From positions 2,786,720 through 2,850,719 of the forward strand of contig OZ250140.1 in the NCBI GenBank assembly GCA_965237475.1: a DNA stretch of 64,000 nt, in the 5' to 3' direction. This DNA comes from Dehalococcoidia bacterium (GTDB taxonomy: Bacteria; Chloroflexota; Dehalococcoidia; Bin125). The notes under the pieces were generated by a model. That model ran no database searches, was not told the DNA's origin, and saw nothing but the letters and a program-made list of their open reading frames with translations. A program made the translations under genes and the position numbers. Position 1 is the stretch's first letter. Each line of letters opens with the position of its first letter. Shown piece after piece: positions 39,612 to 50,955 of the stretch.

Positions 39612-41465
39612 CTACTCCAGCGTTGGCCAGGAAGAACCGTCAAGCGGGCCAAATCCGCGCCCCGCCTTCGGCTGGAAGCCGAACTCGATCCGCCCGACGA
39701 CTCGCAACCCCAGCGCGATCCGGCCTATGTCCGGAAACCGCGCGACGTTGACGTTGAGAATGAGAGACCTGCGACCCCAGTCGCCCCAGCAGACCACGGC
39801 GCCGTCCGACCGCACTGCGCAACTGTGGTTGGCGCCCGCGCTGACCTGGCTGAAGCGGCCCGTCGGCGCCGCCGACTGGCCCTTTTCGTTACTCCCCCAA
39901 CAGACCAGGCCGCCGTCCGTCAGCAGCGCGCAACTATGGTCCCGACCGGCGCTGACCTGGCTGAAGCGGCCCGCCGGCGCCTCCGACTGCCCTTCTCCGT
40001 TGCTCCCCCAACAGACCGCGCCGCCGTCCGTCCGCAGCGCGCAACTGTGGTTCCGACCGGCGCTGACCTGGCTGAAGTGGCCCGACGGCGCATCCCTCTC
40101 GCCAAGATGGTTATACCCCCAGCAGCTCACGCTGCCGTCCGTTCGCAGCGCGCAATTGTGGCCTCCGCCCGCGTTGAGATGAGTGAAGCGGCCCGCCGGC
40201 GCTTCCGCCTGGCCGACGTCGTTATACCCCCAACAGACCACGCCGCCGTCCGTCCGCAGCGCGCAGCTGTGGTGCCAACCCGCGCTGACCTCGCTGAAGC
40301 GGCCCGCCGGCGCATCCGTCTGGCCATATTCGTTGTCACCCCAACAGACGACGACACCATCCCCCCGCAGCGCGCAACTATGGTGCTCACCCGCGCTGAC
40401 CTGGCTGAAGTGGCCCGCCGGCGCCTCCGTATTGCCACTGAGCCTCAATCCCCAACAGACCACGCCACCGTCCGCCCGCAGCGCGCAACTATGGTCCCAC
40501 CACGTGTGCGAGCCCGCGCTGACCTGGCTGAAGCTGCCCGCGGGCGTAACCGTCTGGCCTTGATAGTTATACCCCCAACAGACCGGGCCGCCGTCCGCTC
40601 GCACCGCGCAACTATGGTTTAAGCCCGCGCTGACCTGGCTGAAGCGGCCCGCTGGCGCCTCCGCCTGGCCCTCGTCGGCCGCCGTATGGGGTCCTACGAT
40701 CGACGGATCGGAACCCCAACAGACCACGGCGCCGTCCGTCCGCAGCGCGCAACTGTGCATCCAGCCCGCGCTGAGCTGGCTGAAGCGTCCCGCCGCCGCC
40801 TCCGTCTGGCCAGCTCAGTCGCTCCCCCAGCAGCCGAGGCCACCGTCCATCCGCAGTGCGCAACTATGGTCCCCGCCTGCGCTGACCTGGCTGAAGCGGC
40901 CAGTCGGCGCATCCGCCTGGCCCTCGTCGTTCTCTCCCCAACAGACGACGCCACCGTCGATCCGCAGCGCGCAACTGTGGTCTCCGCCCGCGCTGACCTG
41001 GCTGAAGCGTCCCGCCGGCGCCTCCGCTTGGCCGTAGCCGTTGTCCCCCCAACAGACCAGGCGACCGTCCAGCCGGAGCGCGCAATTCGAGTCCTCGGCG
41101 GCGCTCATCTGGGTAAAGCGTCCCGCCGGCGCCTCCGTCTGGCCGTATTCGTTATCCCCCCAGCAGAGCAGACCACCGTCTGCGCGCTGCGCGCAGCTAT
41201 GGTAGTTGCCTGCGCTGACCTGGCTGAAGCGTCCCGCCGGCGCCTCTGACTGGCCAACATAGTTGAACCCCCAGCAGACCAGACCGCCGTCCGCGCGCAG
41301 CGCGCAACTATGGTCCCCGCCTGCGCTGACCTGGCTGAAGCCTCCCGACGCCGCCTCCGCGGCTGCGCCGCCTCCCGACAGCCAGAGCAGCCCTACTGCG
41401 AGCGCCAGCAGCGTCGCCAGCGCCAGCCCCCAGTGCCAACGAATGCCACTGCTTCGGCGAATCAT
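39612..41465 (-). pseudogene. Secreted RCC1/BLIP-II-like repeat protein (14 repeats of about 37 aa) with in-frame TGA and a decayed C-terminal domain
   Basis: Signal peptide; unit GRFSQVSAGxxHSCALRxDGxxxCWGxNxxGQxEAPA; TGA at 40815-40817 in frame within repeat 5. Confidence 0.8.
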
Positions 41466-41602
41466 GCTCCTCCAACGTGCGCCGCCTGGCTGCTCCGCTC
41501 AGGGCTTAGTCCCCCACGCTCTGGTCGCCAACGAGCGGGCTCCCTGACGCTGGGCGCGCACCATCTGACCGTCCGAGGCGGAAGGAGCTGCGACAGGCCG
41601 CG

Positions 41603-42832
41603 TTACTTGGCGCCGACGACGGGGGGGCCGCCGACGATGCCGGCGGCTTCGAGTTCCCGGAGATCGGTGGAGTCGAGGCCGAGGTCGTCGCTGAGGATGT
41701 CGTTGGTGTGCTCGCCGAGCAGCGGCGCGCGCTTGAGCGGGACGTCGCTGGCGGACATCCGCGGGGCCCAGCCGAGCAGCCGGATCTTGCCGTAGGTGGG
41801 GTGCTCGAGGTCGTGGACGAAGCCGCGCTCCTCGAAGTGCGGGTTGTGGAAGAGGTCGTAGGTGTCGAGCGCGGCCGAGCAGGGCACGCCGACTGCGCCG
41901 AGCTCCTCCATGACTTCCCACTTGGTGCGTTGACGGGTCCAGTGCGAGATCTCTTCGATCAGAGCGGCCTGGTTCTCGTTGCGCTTCCACATGTCCTCGA
42001 AGCGCGGGTCAACGGTCAGCTCCGGTCGATCGATCGCCGCACAGAGCGTGTCCCACATGCGCGAGGTGACGACCATCACGTAGGCGTAGTCGTTGGGGCC
42101 GGGCTCGGCGTCGCCGTTGGCTGACTTGCAGGGATACAGATTGGTCGGGCCGCCGGCGGCGTTGCCGCGCCGCGGAGCGACCTTCTCGCCCCAATCGGAG
42201 TAGGCGATGCGGGTGCGCATGAAGTAGGTCATCGCCTCCTGCATCGTGATCTCGATGAACTGTCCCTCGCCGGTGCGCTGCTGCTGCACATAAGCGGCGG
42301 TGATCGCCAGCGCCAGCTCGACGCCGGTGCCCGAGTCGCCCACGGTCGAGCCGGGCAGCATCGGCGGGCCGTCCGCTTCACCAGTGACCGAGAACGCGCC
42401 GGCCGCGGCCTGCGCGATCATGTCGAAGCACTTGTAGTCCTTCCACGGGCCCGAGAGGCCGAAGCCCTTGAGCCGCGCGTAAATGACCGACGGATTGATC
42501 TGCTTCATCACCTCATAGGTGATGTCGAGCCGTTCCATCACGCCGGGGCCGTAGTTCTCGACGAAGACGTCGTAGTGCGGGAGCATTTCGAGCAGCAGCT
42601 CGCGGCCGCGCGGCTCGCGCAGGTTGAGGGTGACGCTGCGCTTGTTGCTGTTCCAGTTGACGAAGTAGGGCGAGTTGGTCGCACCGGTACGCACGCCGCG
42701 GCCGGGGTCGCCGACGCCGGGTTGCTCGATCTTGACCACGTCCGCGCCGAGCCAGGCCAGCGCCTGCGTGCACGAGGTGCCCGCCTCGTACTGCGTCATG
42801 TCCAACACCCGCATTCCGTCGAGGGCCGGCAT
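41603..42832 (-). CDS. Family III CoA-transferase, copy 3
   Basis: MPALDGMRVLDMTQYEAG; TVGDSG. Confidence 0.92.
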   Translation of the reverse strand: MPALDGMRVLDMTQYEAGTSCTQALAWLGADVVKIEQPGVGDPGRGVRTGATNSPYFVNWNSNKRSVTLNLREPRGRELLLEMLPHYDVFVENYGPGVMERLDITYEVMKQINPSVIYARLKGFGLSGPWKDYKCFDMIAQAAAGAFSVTGEADGPPMLPGSTVGDSGTGVELALAITAAYVQQQRTGEGQFIEITMQEAMTYFMRTRIAYSDWGEKVAPRRGNAAGGPTNLYPCKSANGDAEPGPNDYAYVMVVTSRMWDTLCAAIDRPELTVDPRFEDMWKRNENQAALIEEISHWTRQRTKWEVMEELGAVGVPCSAALDTYDLFHNPHFEERGFVHDLEHPTYGKIRLLGWAPRMSASDVPLKRAPLLGEHTNDILSDDLGLDSTDLRELEAAGIVGGPPVVGAK

Positions 42833-42890
42833 CGTCGTCCTCCTGAGCGCCGCCGCGCTCAGGCGCGCAGCATCTACATCGCTCAGAACA

Positions 42891-44102
42891 TCATAGGGAA
42901 CTGACGATTCCGTCACGCTCCAGAGCGGTCAGCTCCTCACCGCAGAGCCCCAGGTCGTCCGCCAACACCTCCGCTGTGTGTGCGCCGAGCAGCGGCGCCG
43001 CCGTCATCGGCACATCCGAGCCCGACATCCGCGGGGCCCAGCCGAGCAGGCGGATTGGGCCGTGCTGGGGATGATCGATGTCCTGGATGAAGTCGCGCTC
43101 CTCGAAGTGCGGGTTGTGGAAGAGGTCGTAGGTGTCGTGCGTGGCTGAGCAGGGAACTCCGGCCTCGCCAAGGATCTGCATCGCCTCCCACTTGGTGTGC
43201 TGCATGGTGAAGTTGCGGATCTCATCGCGCAGTTCGTCGGCGTGCTCAATCCGCCCCAGCTCATCGGCGAAGCGAGGGTCGACAACCATCTCGGGTCGAT
43301 CCATCGCGGCGCAGAACGTGTCCCACATCCTGGTCGTCAGGGCGATGATGTAGAGGAAGTCGTTGGAGCCGTCCGAGCCGGGCATCGGCTTGCAGGGGTA
43401 GAGGTCGGTGGGACCGTGCCAGCCGTTGCCTCGACGCTCGGCGACGACCTCTCCCCAGCTCTGGGTCCCGGCGACGGGAGTGCGCATGTAATAGGTCATC
43501 GCCTCCTGCATCGAGATCTCGATGTGCTGGCCTTCGCCGGTGCGGAGCTTCTGAACGTAGGCGGAAGTGATCGCGAACGCGAGTTGCATGCCGGTGCCGC
43601 TGTCGCCGACGCACGCTGCGGGCCGCATGGGCGGGCCGTCATGCTCGCCGGTCACCGAGAACGCGCCGGCGGCGTTCTGTGCGACCGGGTCGAAACTCTT
43701 GAAGTTGGCGAAGGGGCCCGAGAGTCCGAAGCCCTTCAGGCGGGCGTAGATGATCGAGGGATGCACCTCCTTGAGCGCCTCGTAGGTGAGGCCGAGCTTC
43801 TCCATCACGCCGGGTCCGTAGTTCTCGACGAAGACGTCGTATTGGGGCAGCAGCTCGAAGAGCAGGGCCTTGCCGCGTTCGTCGCGGAGGTTGATCGTGA
43901 CCGAGCGCTTGTTGGCGTTCCAGTTGATGAAGTAGTGCGAGTCGACCTCGCTGCCACTGCCGACGCCGCGACCGGGGTCGCCGCTGCCGGGCTGCTCGAT
44001 CTTGACCACGTCCGCGCCGGCCCAGGCCAGCGCCTGTGTGCAAGACGTGCCAGCCTCGTACTGGGTCATGTCGAGAATTCGCATTCCATCGAGTGCGGGC
44101 AT
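42891..44102 (-). CDS. Family III CoA-transferase, copy 4
   Basis: MPALDGMRILDMTQYEAG; CVGDSG. Confidence 0.92.
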   Translation of the reverse strand: MPALDGMRILDMTQYEAGTSCTQALAWAGADVVKIEQPGSGDPGRGVGSGSEVDSHYFINWNANKRSVTINLRDERGKALLFELLPQYDVFVENYGPGVMEKLGLTYEALKEVHPSIIYARLKGFGLSGPFANFKSFDPVAQNAAGAFSVTGEHDGPPMRPAACVGDSGTGMQLAFAITSAYVQKLRTGEGQHIEISMQEAMTYYMRTPVAGTQSWGEVVAERRGNGWHGPTDLYPCKPMPGSDGSNDFLYIIALTTRMWDTFCAAMDRPEMVVDPRFADELGRIEHADELRDEIRNFTMQHTKWEAMQILGEAGVPCSATHDTYDLFHNPHFEERDFIQDIDHPQHGPIRLLGWAPRMSGSDVPMTAAPLLGAHTAEVLADDLGLCGEELTALERDGIVSSL

Positions 44103-44198
44103 CGGTGTGGTCCTTTCATCGGCCTGCGCGGCCGCCGTCTGTCTCTCTCCTGCATGGTACGGACTATGCGGCAGCGAGGGTGAGCAACCAAGCCGAGG

Positions 44199-44247
44199 TC
44201 CCCTCAGCCTGCGGCGGCTCCCCGGGCGCTGCGGGGCAGCGGGGAAG
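44199..44247. repeat. Degenerate third copy of the REP-like element
   Basis: TCCCCTCAGCCTGCGGCGGCTCCCC...GGGGCAGCGGGG. Confidence 0.45.
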
Positions 44248-44289
44248 CAGGGCGGCTGGCGTAGCATCCGGGCAAGTGGAGGAGAGACC

Positions 44290-45114
44290 ATGACCACCAG
44301 TGCCGCTGTTGGCGTCGCAGCCGACGCACCGCCCGCGCCCGAGAGCTACGACTGGCCGCAGATTGTGGCCGATCTCAACCGTCTGCTGCGGCTGACGGCG
44401 ACGCCCGTTGGGATGAAGCTGTTCGAACGGGTCGAAGAGATGGAGGCGGTGACGCGCATCCGCCGGCCGCAGACCAAGTACGCGCTCGACCAAATCGTCG
44501 CGCAGGCGCGCTGGCTCAACTTCACGCTCGGGATCACGATGGACGACCTGATCGGCGCGCAGTGCGGCGCGCCGGTCGGCCTGCATCCCAACGAGGACGA
44601 CGGCGAGTGGCGGCACCGCACCACGATGACGAACGTCTGGTTCGAGAACGACGAGGATTCGATCCTCCACCAGCAGGCGATGGATGTGATGCCGAGCGGT
44701 CGCTACACCGCGCTGGCCGTCTCGCCGCTGGCGACGGGGCGGCTCGACCCGCCCGACCTGGTGCTGCTCTACGGCACGCCCGGCCAGATGATCATCCTGA
44801 TCAATGGCCTGCAGTTCAGCGGCTACAAGAAGTTCGACTTCAGCGTGGTCGGCGAGTCGGCCTGCGCCGACAGCTGGGGCCGCGCGCTGCGGACCGGTCA
44901 GCCGTCGCTCTCGATCCCCTGCTACGCCGAGCGTCGCTTCGGTGGGGTGCAGGACGACGAGCTGCTGATCGCGCTGCCGCCGCGCTATCTGCCGAAGCTG
45001 ATTCAGGGGCTGGATGCGCTCTCGCGCAACGGGCTGCGCTACCCGATTCCGCCGCTGGGGATCCAGGCCGACCCCTCAGAGTCGCTGGCGCGGTCCTATC
45101 AGAATCGCTTCTGA
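44290..45114 (+). CDS. DUF169 family protein
   Basis: PVGMKLF, PDLVLLYGTPGQM, GESACAD, SIPCYAERRFGG..DDEL. Confidence 0.75.
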   Translation: MTTSAAVGVAADAPPAPESYDWPQIVADLNRLLRLTATPVGMKLFERVEEMEAVTRIRRPQTKYALDQIVAQARWLNFTLGITMDDLIGAQCGAPVGLHPNEDDGEWRHRTTMTNVWFENDEDSILHQQAMDVMPSGRYTALAVSPLATGRLDPPDLVLLYGTPGQMIILINGLQFSGYKKFDFSVVGESACADSWGRALRTGQPSLSIPCYAERRFGGVQDDELLIALPPRYLPKLIQGLDALSRNGLRYPIPPLGIQADPSESLARSYQNRF

Positions 45115-45147
45115 CAACCAGCCAGGCGGCGGCTGCCGGCGGCTGGC

Positions 45148-45177
45148 TTGACATCGGGCGGCGGGTCGGCGTAGTCT
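45148..45177 (+). promoter_or_regulatory. Sigma70-type promoter upstream of the 23S rRNA
   Basis: TTGACA-N18-TAGTCT, 34 nt after the DUF169 stop. Confidence 0.6.
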
Positions 45178-45426
45178 GCTCCTTCGTACCCCAAATCGCC
45201 TAGCGACCCGCCCCAGGCGGTCAGCGAGCTGATGCGGGGGGCGCCTTGACAAGGAACAAGTTGTGAGAAGCGTCCACAGCGCTCCCTGCTCGCAACGCAG
45301 GGAGACGCGGGAAAGAAGCCTCTCTCGCCAGACAACGCCGCGGGTCCTCCGAGGGAACCGCATCCACAGCGTGGTTGGGTGAGGGGGCAAGCGTGTGGTT
45401 CATGTGCATGCGCAGCGCGTAGTGCA

Positions 45427-48423
<2,997 letters not shown>

Positions 48424-48503
48424 TGCCCTACCCTCTGCGCAGCGCGCGATCCGCACGCAGCTTTCCCAGACGCCCTCACAACTTGCTCCCAGTCTTCGCA
48501 CAG

Positions 48504-48578
<75 letters not shown>

Positions 48579-48590
48579 CACCAACCGTCC

Positions 48591-48626
48591 GAGAGCCGAC
48601 CCCGCCAGGTCGGCTCTCTTTCGTTT
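48591..48626 (+). terminator. Intrinsic terminator after tRNA-fMet
   Basis: GAGAGCCGACC-ccgcca-GGTCGGCTCTC then TTTCGTTT. Confidence 0.85.
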
Positions 48627-48676
48627 GTGCGCCGAATAGCGCGAGCGTCTCAGGCGCGGCCGGCCGGCCCGGATCG

Positions 48677-49321
48677 TCAGGTGCCCAGCGGCCGACCGAG
48701 ATCCTCGTCGGTCGCCGCGTAGACCAGCAGGTCGCCCCGCTCGATCTCCTGCGAGAGCACCGGGTTCAACTGCACTTCTTGCCCGCGCACCACCGCGAGC
48801 AAGCGGCGTGTCGGCGCGCGGTCCGCTGCCGCCGCGACTTCCAGCCGCCGTCCCGTCCAGACCCGCGGCGCTTCGAAGATGGCCACCCCATAGGCCGGCG
48901 TGAGCGGCAGAAAGTCGCGCGCTGCGGTCACCTGCAGCATGTGCGCGAAGCGCTCCGCTCCGTCGCGCTCCGGGCGCATCACGCGGTCCGCCCCGAGCCG
49001 CTCGAGAATCAGCGCGTGCCGATCGCTGCTGGCTTTGGCGAAGACCAGCGGCACGCCCAGCGTCTGGCAGTTCATGATCGCCAGCACGCTGGCGTCCAGT
49101 TCAGCGGTCGAGACGACAGCGACAGCGACATCGCCGACGCTCAGCTCGCGTAGTGCATCAAGGTCCGTGATGTCCGCGATCATCGCTCGCGAGACATCGT
49201 CGGCGAGTCCCTGCACGACCGCGACATCCATGTCGACGGCGAGCACGTCGTGGCCCTGTTGCTGCAGCGTCTCGGCCAAATGCGAGCCGAATCGTCCCAA
49301 GCCGAGCACGGCAACCTGCAT
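48677..49321 (-). CDS. trkA: Trk/Ktr K+ uptake NAD-binding (RCK) subunit
   Basis: VLGLGRFG, AKASSDRHALILERLGAD..MRPE. Confidence 0.9.
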   Translation of the reverse strand: MQVAVLGLGRFGSHLAETLQQQGHDVLAVDMDVAVVQGLADDVSRAMIADITDLDALRELSVGDVAVAVVSTAELDASVLAIMNCQTLGVPLVFAKASSDRHALILERLGADRVMRPERDGAERFAHMLQVTAARDFLPLTPAYGVAIFEAPRVWTGRRLEVAAAADRAPTRRLLAVVRGQEVQLNPVLSQEIERGDLLVYAATDEDLGRPLGT

Positions 49322-49333
49322 CGGAATCCTCCG

Positions 49334-50749
49334 TTAGCCAATCCGCACCGGCGCCGTGGGGTAGCGGTACCGATCGTGCGGACGATCCGGAATCGCGAGC
49401 GCCACGAGCATCGGCCCGAGGCGCCCGACGAACATCAGGATCATCAGGATATGCGCGCCCCACTGCGACGCGGCGATTGCGACGCCCTCACTCCAGCCGA
49501 CGTTGGCCAGCGCCGACATCGCATCGAAGGCCAGCGCCAACGGCGCCAGCTGATCCTCGACGACGAGCAGCACCGGCACGCCGATGGCGTAGACGGCGAG
49601 CGCCAGCATCACGACTGCGAAGGCCCGAATCACGACCGCCGCAGGCACCTCGCGGCCGAACGCGACCACGTTCTCGCGGCCGCGCAGCGCGGAGACAACC
49701 GCGAACACGGAGACCATGAAGGAGCCGATCTTGATTCCGCTCGCGGTCGAGGTCGAGGCTCCGCCAATCAGCATCATCGGCAGCGTGCTCAGCGTCGTCG
49801 CATCGCCCAGCTGGTCGATCGGCGCCGTGGTCATGCCGGTCGTCCGGTTGACCGAGAGAAAGAACCCGTTGATCACGCGCGAGACGATGCTCTGGTCGGC
49901 GAACACGCCGTTCCACTCCGCGACGATGAACAGCACCATGCCGACCGCCAGCATGCCCGCCATGCCGACCAGCACGACGCGCGTGTCGAGGGTCCAGCGG
50001 CGCCGCCCGCGGGCGACATCGAAGACGGTCAGGAATGACAGGCTGCCGAGCAAGGCCGCCACGCCCATCACCACGATCGGATAGCCGTCGGCGACCTGGC
50101 CGGAGAAGCCGCGGCCGCCGCCCATGATGTCGAAACCGGCGCAGTTGAACGCGGAGACGGCGTGGTAGAGGGCCATCCAGACCGACTGCAGGCCGCCGAA
50201 CTCGATCAGGAACCAGGGCAGCAAGGCGATGAATGTGGTGGTCTCGGCTGCGGCTGTGTAGATCATCACCCGTCGCAGCAGTTGCGGCGCGCCGGCGACC
50301 TCGCTGCCCGAGCCGGCCAGCTCCATGCCGAAAAACTGCCGGCCGCGCATCCCGAGTCGGCGGCCGGCGATCAGAATCAGCATCCCCGCGTACATCGTCA
50401 CCCCGAGCCCGCCGAGCTGGACCAGCGCCAACGTGACCGCTTCGCCGAACCAGGAGAAGCTGTCGGCGGTGTCGAACCGCGTCAGCCCCGTCACGCTGGC
50501 CGCGGAGACGGCCGTGAAGAGGCCGTCGAAGAAGCTCACGTCGACGCCGGGCGTGGTGGAGACATCAAGGCTGAGGACAGCGCCGCCGGCGGCCATCACG
50601 CCCGCGAACGCGACCACGACCATCCACGAGCGCGGGGTAATCGTCCGGCGCCGCCGCTGGCGGGTGCGCACCACCTCGGATGCCAGCCGCGACCGCCGCA
50701 GCACGACTGTGCCGGGCCGCCGCCGGTACCCGCCGTTCCGTCGCGACAT
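49334..50749 (-). CDS. trkH: Trk/Ktr K+ uptake membrane subunit
   Basis: FTAVSA.SVTGL, SAFNCAGF, IGGASTSTASGIK, MFVGRLGP. Confidence 0.9.
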   Translation of the reverse strand: MSRRNGGYRRRPGTVVLRRSRLASEVVRTRQRRRRTITPRSWMVVVAFAGVMAAGGAVLSLDVSTTPGVDVSFFDGLFTAVSAASVTGLTRFDTADSFSWFGEAVTLALVQLGGLGVTMYAGMLILIAGRRLGMRGRQFFGMELAGSGSEVAGAPQLLRRVMIYTAAAETTTFIALLPWFLIEFGGLQSVWMALYHAVSAFNCAGFDIMGGGRGFSGQVADGYPIVVMGVAALLGSLSFLTVFDVARGRRRWTLDTRVVLVGMAGMLAVGMVLFIVAEWNGVFADQSIVSRVINGFFLSVNRTTGMTTAPIDQLGDATTLSTLPMMLIGGASTSTASGIKIGSFMVSVFAVVSALRGRENVVAFGREVPAAVVIRAFAVVMLALAVYAIGVPVLLVVEDQLAPLALAFDAMSALANVGWSEGVAIAASQWGAHILMILMFVGRLGPMLVALAIPDRPHDRYRYPTAPVRIG

Positions 50750-50803
50750 TCAGCCTCCCGCCGCCACTCTACGCCCGCCCGTCGCGTAGTACCCTTGGAG
50801 CGT

Positions 50804-50879
50804 GGCCCTATCGTCTAGAGGCCTAGGACGCCAGCCTTTCAAGCTGGTAGCACGGGTTCGAATCCCGTTGGGGCCACCA
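50804..50879 (+). tRNA. tRNA-Glu (TTC)
   Basis: GGCCCTA...CCAGC CT TTC AA GCTGG...GGTTCGAATCC...TGGGGCC A CCA. Confidence 0.96.
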
Positions 50880-50955
50880 TTTCCGACCACGAGGGACTGT
50901 ATTGCGAACTTCCTGGTAGCCCGCTGCTGCTCGCGGATGCTTGCTGAACCTGAGC

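Noticed and set aside
39760-41350. RCC1 repeats as a diversity-generating retroelement target or CRISPR-like array
   Set aside because: The repeats are in-frame coding units of about 111 bp; variation is not adenine-specific (the AAC Asn after CWGx is largely conserved), and there is no reverse transcriptase, template repeat or cas gene in the window.
45180-45420. 5S rRNA, tRNA or riboswitch in the 23S leader
   Set aside because: No 5S loop C (CCGAAC) motif and no T-psi-C arm; the hairpins and complementarity to the 3' flank fit an rRNA leader or processing stem.
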